The translations under genes were made by a program, and so were the position numbers. From an uncultured Methanosarcinales archaeon (lineage in GTDB: Archaea > Nanobdellota > Nanobdellia > Woesearchaeales > CALCXY01), in contig CAYLOA010000013.1 of NCBI GenBank assembly GCA_964385185.1, positions 1-33,744 of the forward strand: 33,744 nucleotides of DNA. The letters run 5' to 3'. Positions 27,211 to 33,744 of this stretch are shown in pieces (the first letter of the stretch is position 1; the number at the start of each line of letters is the position of its first letter). The notes under the pieces were generated by a model. The model did no database searches. It worked only from the letters and a program-made list of their open reading frames with translations, and was not told the DNA's origin.

Positions 27211-29349
27211 TTATGTAGAAGTAACGTCTGGTAGGGTGCATAATCCGTTTGTGCATGTTGCTGTGGAGTCTTTTAGGGTACATAGACCTAATGTATCTGC
27301 ATCGTCGGTTGTGCATGATCCGGAGGAGCATATATTACATGCACTGCAGTCGTTTACTTGGTTGTCGTCTATTACGCAGACCCCATATTCCGAACATGAT
27401 TGGCAGGATGAGCATGATCCTTTTGTTCCTGCTGGGAAAGGGGTGAAATCATTTGCTGTATTGCAGCAACCTCCATTTATAGGATCATTAGGGTCACATC
27501 GTACTTGGATTTTTACATCTTGGAAATCGTAGTTTCCATAGAAGTCTGTAGCTTTAATTCTCACATAATGATAACCTGTATCAAATGATGAGGTAATGTA
27601 TGATGCGTCTTGTTGGTTATTTATGTATTCAGGTGATAATTCCCATTCATTTTCATGTGTGGTGTATCCTTGGCTATTTTGTGTTCCTCCTGAGGTGATG
27701 GTTCCTTCTTTAGCAGGAGAGAATTTAGTGTCTTTGTAGATGAAACCTGAAGGATTATTGCTGGTAAGAGATGTGTCTTGGTCGTTGCAGAGAGATCCTG
27801 ATGCTGATGTGAGGTCACAGATAGGTGTTGGTGTTCTCCAACCTGAGTATGAATATGTTATTGTGTCATCATCTGGGTCTATGGCTCTCGGATAGATGTC
27901 AATTTTATCTCCTACCATGATTACTATATTATAGTTGTCTGGTATTAATGATGTGAGTGTTTTTGAATATGCACTTTCTGGAGTAACTCCGTATTTGTCT
28001 AGTAGATGGTAATAATATCCTTGGAATTTGCTGTAGGGATATATTTGGATGTCATTTGTGACTGATTCGTCTATGTGGTCTAACGCAGGAGGTCTATTTT
28101 CAATGGCTAATTTGAATTGGAATGGTTTATCGTCGACAAGTGATAGATTGTCTTTGATAGTTAAGATTGTAGATCCTTGGCCTTTTTTAGTTTTGCAGAA
28201 GAATGAACATGCATCTCTTTCTAGATGGACAGACATGTTCGGATAGAGACAGGGGATGTTATATTTCGTTCTTGCGATAGACTCTATTGTAGGTCCTGAC
28301 TGAAACTGTGCGCAGAGGTCTATAGATTCTATGTGCTCTTGGTTGTTTGTTGAGAAAAATATATCTTGGATGTCCCTTTTTGCTAATTGGAATGCTAATT
28401 CATGTATGAGTTTATACCGGATTTGTTTTAATGTTGCAAACTCAAAAACTTCTGTTGTTGTTTTTCCAGAGGGGAATGTAAATGCAATTGGATAGTCGAC
28501 AAGTACCATTGAATAATTGTCTGCAAACAGCACATCAACTTTTCCTTCTGGTGAAAAAGTAAGTGAAATGTTGGTAAGGTCTCGGTAGAATTGAGAGTCT
28601 ACACAGAGTTCTAATTGTTGTTTAATATATGATTGGAGGAAATCTTGAGATGTTTTCGTGTGGGCGTAGAGAGTATCTTCACAGGAGTAATTTGCACCCA
28701 GCATGGTCCGATTGTTTACACCACCATAATTGCATAATGCATTGATGTTTGTAGGTGGGGCTGATGCCAGATCTGCATGACCAAATGGATCTAAGCGTTC
28801 AGTTGGGGCAGATGTGAGGGAGCCTTTATAGGGATAGTTTGGTGGTGGTGGATGGGCTGTTCTTCCTGTAAATGATGGTGATTTTATGGCATAATGTAAG
28901 GTGTGGAGTTCTGTATTTGTATCATGGATGATACCATTGATGCCTGGTTGGAACTGGATTCTTTCGGGGATGGGTTGGCCATTTTCGTCTATGATTACTT
29001 TATCAAACGCACCATGTGATTCGTATTTTGGGATGAAGTCTGATCTTGTTAGTGTGCCTCCTTGCTGGCCAATACGGTAGAAGGCATCATTAGCTGCTTG
29101 TTCTATGCAGGAGGTGATGAATGCTTTAATTTCGATGGTATTGAGTACTTGATCGTTTAACGTGACTCTTTGGGTAGATGTGGATTGAGTTGTAGCTGAA
29201 GAAGCTAGGAATAATACGACACCTGATAAGAGTATGAGGGTTAGAGCAATAACTAAGAATAGGGTGAGTTGACCTTTTTTTGCATACTGTGTTGAGGTAT
29301 CTATATATGTGGGTGTTAATGTATTAACATTCTCTTTTCTTTTTATCAT
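27211..29349 (-). CDS. Large class III signal peptide protein (712 aa) with cadherin/PKD-like module and Cys-rich C-terminus
   Basis: AKKG/QLTLFLVIALTLILLSGVVLFL; ENRPP…AIDPDDDTITYSYSGW motif; C-terminal CxxCxxC repeats. Confidence 0.82.
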   Translation of the reverse strand: MIKRKENVNTLTPTYIDTSTQYAKKGQLTLFLVIALTLILLSGVVLFLASSATTQSTSTQRVTLNDQVLNTIEIKAFITSCIEQAANDAFYRIGQQGGTLTRSDFIPKYESHGAFDKVIIDENGQPIPERIQFQPGINGIIHDTNTELHTLHYAIKSPSFTGRTAHPPPPNYPYKGSLTSAPTERLDPFGHADLASAPPTNINALCNYGGVNNRTMLGANYSCEDTLYAHTKTSQDFLQSYIKQQLELCVDSQFYRDLTNISLTFSPEGKVDVLFADNYSMVLVDYPIAFTFPSGKTTTEVFEFATLKQIRYKLIHELAFQLAKRDIQDIFFSTNNQEHIESIDLCAQFQSGPTIESIARTKYNIPCLYPNMSVHLERDACSFFCKTKKGQGSTILTIKDNLSLVDDKPFQFKLAIENRPPALDHIDESVTNDIQIYPYSKFQGYYYHLLDKYGVTPESAYSKTLTSLIPDNYNIVIMVGDKIDIYPRAIDPDDDTITYSYSGWRTPTPICDLTSASGSLCNDQDTSLTSNNPSGFIYKDTKFSPAKEGTITSGGTQNSQGYTTHENEWELSPEYINNQQDASYITSSFDTGYHYVRIKATDFYGNYDFQDVKIQVRCDPNDPINGGCCNTANDFTPFPAGTKGSCSSCQSCSEYGVCVIDDNQVNDCSACNICSSGSCTTDDADTLGLCTLKDSTATCTNGLCTLPDVTST
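29314..29329. repeat. 16-bp palindrome TGTTAATGTATTAACA (copy 2)
   Basis: 7-bp arms; 15/16 identical to 29603-29618. Confidence 0.7.
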
Positions 29350-29354
29350 TTTGG

Positions 29355-29603
29355 TTATTTAATTAACACGATATTTCTTTTTTTGCTGGTTATTTTCCAG
29401 TATTTTAGGAATGTGTCCATTTCTTTTTGATGATGAGTGTGTAATAGAAAGCAGGAATCTGCGAGAAACTCTCCCTTTAGTTTGTGGATGAGTCCTGTTG
29501 AGTTTGGTCTACCTCGTAAGGCGTAGACAAACCGTACTTTTTGAGAAGGGGATAGGTCTGCTATACGATAGGTGTAGATAATATGTGTAGGTTTTGTGGG
29601 CAT
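29355..29603 (-). CDS. Small basic hypothetical protein, possible Cas2/VapD/PaaX-like ferredoxin fold
   Basis: 82 aa with a beta-alpha-beta-beta-alpha-beta pattern (IIYTY…KVRFVYALRGR…GEFLADSCFLL…MDTFLKYW). TTTTAAAC box at 29627-29634 is 24 nt upstream. The fold call is pattern recognition only. Confidence 0.6.
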   Translation of the reverse strand: MPTKPTHIIYTYRIADLSPSQKVRFVYALRGRPNSTGLIHKLKGEFLADSCFLLHTHHQKEMDTFLKYWKITSKKRNIVLIK

Positions 29604-29618
29604 GTTAACGTATTAACA
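29603..29618. promoter_or_regulatory. 16-bp palindrome TGTTAACGTATTAACA (copy 1) over the start of the 82-aa gene
   Basis: 6-bp arms; lies between the TATA-like box and the ATG. Confidence 0.7.
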
Positions 29619-29662
29619 GAATGAGAGTTTAAAAGTGTTATTATTCTATTTGTGGAATTTTA

Positions 29663-31021
29663 TTAAGAAGTACTGAGAGGAGCGGAACAGAAAGTCCCTA
29701 CACAGATTTTTAGGTCTCCACTTGTTGTTGAGAGATCTGAGATGGACTGAGTAGCGTAAATATCTTGTAGGTTTAATGCAGTATTTGATACTGCTGGGCA
29801 GTTTGTATCTGGTCCTTGACAGAGTCTAGCATCTCCTGGGAAGTTTTTGTTATATGTGACTACATGACCTGATCCTGTTGCTTTTACTTCAATTAATGTT
29901 AATTTAGGTTGTGCACGTACAGAACAGCAGATTGATTTAGTACCTGCTGAGTTACTTGCAATATGTGAATTCGTTGATTCGTATGTTTTTGCTAGTGCAA
30001 TTTCGTCTGATCCGCAGGAGTCTTTAATTGAGCAGGTGTCTAATGTTTGTGGACATTGTGTAGAGAGTGAACAACAGACTGGTTCTGTGTATGCTGTATC
30101 TGAGGCGTCTGCTATATGTGTATTTGTAGCTCCGAATTTATTAATTACTTGGGCAGCTCGTGGATCAGAACAATCTGAGGAACAATCCAAAGCACAAGCT
30201 GATGGGCTTACGGTTACACATAGATTCGTTGTCCCTTGATCGCAAGTTGTTGCGTGTGAATTATCTAGAGCGTATAAACCTGTTAAACATGATTGTCCTG
30301 AACAAGTTGTAGCTGTAGAAGTAGTGGTGGTAGGTGTAGTTGGTTGTACATTTAGTTCTGTGATTAAGACAACTGGGATAGCAGGACGTTTTGAATTTTT
30401 GTAAAGATAGGCAAAAATTCCTACTTCTAGAGGGCCTTCCGTAGCGTTTTGAGGTACTGTAAAATCTCCTTCGATAAAGAATCTTCTGTCATCGGCTGGA
30501 GTAGTTGGTACATTTACAATCGGATTAATGTATGAGAATTTAAATCCGTCTCCTGTAGTTACTAAAATATCATTTTTCACTAATGATGCTGGTGCAGTGT
30601 CAAATTGATCATTATTTAAGATATAGGGAAATTGGACTGCCCAGAGAAACATCATTTTAGTATTAACTGTTTGTGATGAAATTGATAATGGGGATAGTCC
30701 CAAATCTGATCTATCTATAGTTGATGTAGGTAGCTGAATTTCTGGAGGGAATGTTGGTGCTGGTGCTCCTGCTGGGATGTCTGCAGGATTAAGAGCATCT
30801 ACAGCTAATTCTAAACGTACTGTTTGGCCTGGAGTTACATCTACTGCAGAAGATCTCATAACATTTCTAATTTGGATGTGATTTGAGAAAGGTACTGAGG
30901 TAATTCCTCCACCTTGTGCTGCTGCATTAAAGACAGAGGATGTTGCTCTTCCTACTTTGTCTACTTGGCAAGCCGATACTAAGAGGAGTATAGCTATGGT
31001 AAGAATTATTAGTTTTCTCAT
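29663..31021 (-). CDS. Putative lipoprotein with Thr-rich linker and Cys-rich repeats
   Basis: MRKLIILTIAILLLVSA/C lipobox-like signal; PTTPTTTTSTATT linker; three N(S/T)H…(C)C repeats. Confidence 0.8.
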   Translation of the reverse strand: MRKLIILTIAILLLVSACQVDKVGRATSSVFNAAAQGGGITSVPFSNHIQIRNVMRSSAVDVTPGQTVRLELAVDALNPADIPAGAPAPTFPPEIQLPTSTIDRSDLGLSPLSISSQTVNTKMMFLWAVQFPYILNNDQFDTAPASLVKNDILVTTGDGFKFSYINPIVNVPTTPADDRRFFIEGDFTVPQNATEGPLEVGIFAYLYKNSKRPAIPVVLITELNVQPTTPTTTTSTATTCSGQSCLTGLYALDNSHATTCDQGTTNLCVTVSPSACALDCSSDCSDPRAAQVINKFGATNTHIADASDTAYTEPVCCSLSTQCPQTLDTCSIKDSCGSDEIALAKTYESTNSHIASNSAGTKSICCSVRAQPKLTLIEVKATGSGHVVTYNKNFPGDARLCQGPDTNCPAVSNTALNLQDIYATQSISDLSTTSGDLKICVGTFCSAPLSTS

Positions 31022-31045
31022 CCTTATTGATTTTTAGGAAAATTG

Positions 31046-31060
31046 TTATAAAAATGTTTC
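31046..31060 (-). promoter_or_regulatory. BRE/TATA upstream of the lipoprotein gene
   Basis: Minus strand reads GAAACAT-TTTTATAA, 25 nt upstream of the ATG at 31021. Confidence 0.5.
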
Positions 31061-31074
31061 TATTCGTATTCTTT

Positions 31075-33744
31075 TTATGGAATGAGGGGTAAGAATAAAC
31101 AATTGTCTTGTCCATTTGGATTTGCTAGACAAAATCCACAAGCTTGGTCTTGGAAAACTCCTCCTACGCAGACTTGTAAGGTATTGAAATCTTTGCATTT
31201 ACTTTCAAACTCTGTGCACCCGTCTGATTGTTGATTACCTTCCACTCTGCAACACATTTTGATAGGGAAATCATCAACACTGTCACAATCAGTTGCTAGT
31301 CCTTCCGTTGCGTGATTTGTTGAGTAGAGGCATGTATCAAAACCAGATGAGGGGCAGTTATTGGATATTGGCAAACTGTTAGTTGGATCTCCAATTGAAG
31401 TTCCTGTACCACTTTGGTCAGATCTGATAGGGGTGCAGGTTATTTTCTCATCACCTGCATTAAGATAGAGTTCAACGTCATTTGAAACGGCATCAGGAGT
31501 TACAATTAATTTTGCGTTCTGGGAACTTGTTAAAGAAGCATAGTGATCTGAATCAGCTTGTTCATTCATTGTGGTGAACAATGTGGCACCAGAAGATAAT
31601 CTGCAGCAAATTCTTGGACCATTATTAGAGTCTGGGACTGATGAAAGTGCGTTTGTTTTCTTTGATAGTTTTAGGACAGTTGTAGATAGAGGATCTTGGC
31701 AGCTTGAAGGTTGATATTCACATTTTAATGTTGCTGGNNNNNNNNNNNNNNNNNNNNNNNNNNNNNNNNNNNNNNNNNNNNNNNNNNNNNNNNNNNNNNN
31801 NNNNNNNNNNNNNNNNNNNNNNNNNNNNNNNNNNNNNGATTCTGTTGCTAAACATTGCCTTGTAGCTGTTGATTGTGTTGAAGGATTGCCGTTATCAAAA
31901 TCAGGATCTACTGCTGTATCTGTTAGGTCTTTGTCTAAACCGCATTTTAAAGGGACATTGTTATTACATCCATCTGGGAAACATTGGGTAATTGGGATTT
32001 CTTTAATTCGTGTTTTTACGGTTAGTTCATTCCACACTTCTTGTTTAAAGAGGTGTCTTCTTGTAGGAGATTGATCTGCTGCAGTTACTTCGACAATAGT
32101 TCCTTGTCTTTTACAGTTAAAATCTTCAGAGGTAAATCCGATTAAATCGTCTACTAATCTGCAGACGTCTCCTGCGAAATTATCATAGAAAATGCCAAGA
32201 TAGTTTGTGGAAATTGCTACTCCTGAACTCCAGTCGAATAGGTTTAATTCCATTGCACCGAAGATTGACTTTTCTCCTTTTTTGGAGAAGAATATTTTTT
32301 GGAAGTTTTCAATGTCAGCTACTTGAGTAGAAAATGTCTCGAGTAATGCAGGAGTATCTGGGCGGGTGAATGCTTGTGTGAGTAGATCTACCCAGCAGAG
32401 AGAATTGTAGGTGTTGAAGATGTCTAGGAATGAAAAACTTCCGGTGACTGGACATGCACTAATTGATGCAATCTTTTGGTCTATTGCTTCTGGTGAAAAT
32501 AATAACGTGTTGAGAGTCGGGTTGTGATATGCAAATCCTTTTTTGTAGATTGACTTGGGAGTATTACACAATTCGTAGCCATCTATGTTATCTTCAGTAT
32601 CTGTACAGTGTGATCCATCTTTACGAAAAACCTCTAAGATATTATTCTTAGGCATAGTTACAGGACAATTTAATGAAACTCCAAAGATAACGTTGTTGCC
32701 ATTGTTTAGGACACATACATTGTTTATTACATTCGTTTCATTTCCATTGCACAATGTGGGATCGGAAATAGTTGAAATAAAATTAGTATCTACTGTACCT
32801 ACTTCGAACTTTTGTTCTGGATTTGAGAGGAAATCATAGGTAATGTAGTTCAACACTTGTTCTGGTTCGTCGCAGTATAATGAAAAATCAGAAGATGCCG
32901 CTTTTAGCAATGTTTCTGAAATAGCCTGAGTTCTTGATTGCCAATCTCCTTCTTGGCAGATAAAATCGTTTAAGAAATATCCTTCATCCACACATCCTTC
33001 AAATGCTGGTTGAGGGAATGATCCTGCTTGTGCTGATTTTTTTGCAAAACATTGATCTTGTCGGCAGTTAAGAGATCTTGCATCACGTTTAGGGGTGTAC
33101 TTGAAAATATCTTCATTTTGTTTTTTCCATAATCCTCGAAAACAAAAGAATTCTTCTGCACTTGGTGCAATAGAACCATGTGGTTGACAAGAGTTTCCTG
33201 TCCAGCATTGATCTATAACACAACATTCACTATTTGAGGTAAAAGATTTTTCTTCTGGGAATCTGATAGTTCGTAAAAACATTTCTTCTTCTGTTTTAGC
33301 ATCATTTTTCCAGGTCTCTTCAAATGAGCAATACAATGTTTTAGATGCTCCATTAACGGTGTCTGTAAATGTTTGACAATATTCGTTGTCTGTGATGAGT
33401 GTGGAGCCAAATCTATCTTTTTTGTCAAGTAACTCTTGATTTCCATCGATAAAATTTTGAGCTGCTATATTGCATCCTTGGAAAGTACCGTTAAATACTA
33501 AGACATCTGTATTGTCTGTGGTGTCTAAGAATGTAAAATGTGGAACGCCATTACTTTCAAAACATGCAGCTTTTCTTTGAGTGATTGTTGCTTGTTCTGG
33601 ATTTTGTACCGTTCCCTTATCTGAAAGATCATTAAATGATTCGTCCACATTGTCTCCACAACAGGTTGAACCTGTCCAAGTAAATTCTAGGTCTCGTGCA
33701 GTTAGTCTTAAGTCTGTTATGTCTTGAGCTTCTGTGCATGCTTC
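31075..33744 (-). CDS. Large Cys-rich extracellular protein, 5'-truncated by the window edge and spanning an assembly gap
   Basis: The frame stays open from 33648 to 33744 (EACTEAQ…WTGSTCCGDN), so the listed GTG is not the true start. Motifs CCGD, CC…QCWTGNSC and C..G.W repeats. Confidence 0.75.
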   Translation of the reverse strand, partial: EACTEAQDITDLRLTARDLEFTWTGSTCCGDNVDESFNDLSDKGTVQNPEQATITQRKAACFESNGVPHFTFLDTTDNTDVLVFNGTFQGCNIAAQNFIDGNQELLDKKDRFGSTLITDNEYCQTFTDTVNGASKTLYCSFEETWKNDAKTEEEMFLRTIRFPEEKSFTSNSECCVIDQCWTGNSCQPHGSIAPSAEEFFCFRGLWKKQNEDIFKYTPKRDARSLNCRQDQCFAKKSAQAGSFPQPAFEGCVDEGYFLNDFICQEGDWQSRTQAISETLLKAASSDFSLYCDEPEQVLNYITYDFLSNPEQKFEVGTVDTNFISTISDPTLCNGNETNVINNVCVLNNGNNVIFGVSLNCPVTMPKNNILEVFRKDGSHCTDTEDNIDGYELCNTPKSIYKKGFAYHNPTLNTLLFSPEAIDQKIASISACPVTGSFSFLDIFNTYNSLCWVDLLTQAFTRPDTPALLETFSTQVADIENFQKIFFSKKGEKSIFGAMELNLFDWSSGVAISTNYLGIFYDNFAGDVCRLVDDLIGFTSEDFNCKRQGTIVEVTAADQSPTRRHLFKQEVWNELTVKTRIKEIPITQCFPDGCNNNVPLKCGLDKDLTDTAVDPDFDNGNPSTQSTATRQCLATEXXXXXXXXXXXXXXXXXXXXXXXXXXXXXXXXXXPATLKCEYQPSSCQDPLSTTVLKLSKKTNALSSVPDSNNGPRICCRLSSGATLFTTMNEQADSDHYASLTSSQNAKLIVTPDAVSNDVELYLNAGDEKITCTPIRSDQSGTGTSIGDPTNSLPISNNCPSSGFDTCLYSTNHATEGLATDCDSVDDFPIKMCCRVEGNQQSDGCTEFESKCKDFNTLQVCVGGVFQDQACGFCLANPNGQDNCLFLPLIP
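31738..31837. other. Assembly gap (100 N placeholder)
   Basis: Run of exactly 100 N. Confidence 0.99.

Noticed and set aside
27130..29618. Short repeats considered as a CRISPR array next to the Cas2-like gene
   Set aside because: Only 2-3 short copies, irregular spacing, no spacers and no other cas genes
25966..33446. Short same-strand alternate-frame ORFs (25966-26166, 26341-26622, 27621-27818, 30927-31115, 32970-33179, 33213-33446)
   Set aside because: Nested in or overlapping longer supported CDSs, with no motifs and no frameshift evidence
10151..33744. Possible diversity-generating retroelement target, intein or toxin domain in the surface genes
   Set aside because: No reverse transcriptase, no adenine-variant template/variable repeat pair, and no Hint or toxin motifs recognised by eye

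Overview
AT-rich archaeal window, most consistent with a DPANN (Woesearchaeota/Pacearchaeota-like) genome. The evidence is TATA-box promoters about 23-25 nt upstream of leaderless start codons, an AbrB-PhoU regulator, an Lrp/AsnC regulator and many archaeal class III (pilin-type) signal peptides; the taxonomic call is inference. Most of the window (7.5-33.7 kb, minus strand) is a cell-surface locus. Its core is a tightly coupled ~19.6-kb operon. It opens with an unannotated 45-aa ribbon-helix-helix gene that has repeat/palindrome sites next to its promoter. Next is a 5,603-aa membrane-anchored protein (Cys-rich tip, long Ig-like stalk, Ca-binding repeats, basic cytoplasmic tail), then four class III signal peptide proteins. 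Upstream lie a 712-aa pilin-like protein, a small possibly Cas2/VapD-fold gene bracketed by copies of a 16-bp palindrome, a Cys-rich lipoprotein, and a truncated Cys-rich protein spanning a 100-N gap. Downstream lies a receptor-like protein (beta-propeller, TMs, APH/kinase-like domain). The left part carries two small Cys-rich pilins with beta-defensin-like Cys spacing, a Bacteroidota-like pyruvate kinase, a toxin-first putative TA pair with an operator, Lrp and PhoU. No rRNA, tRNA, CRISPR array, transposase, pilus ATPase or prepilin peptidase was seen.
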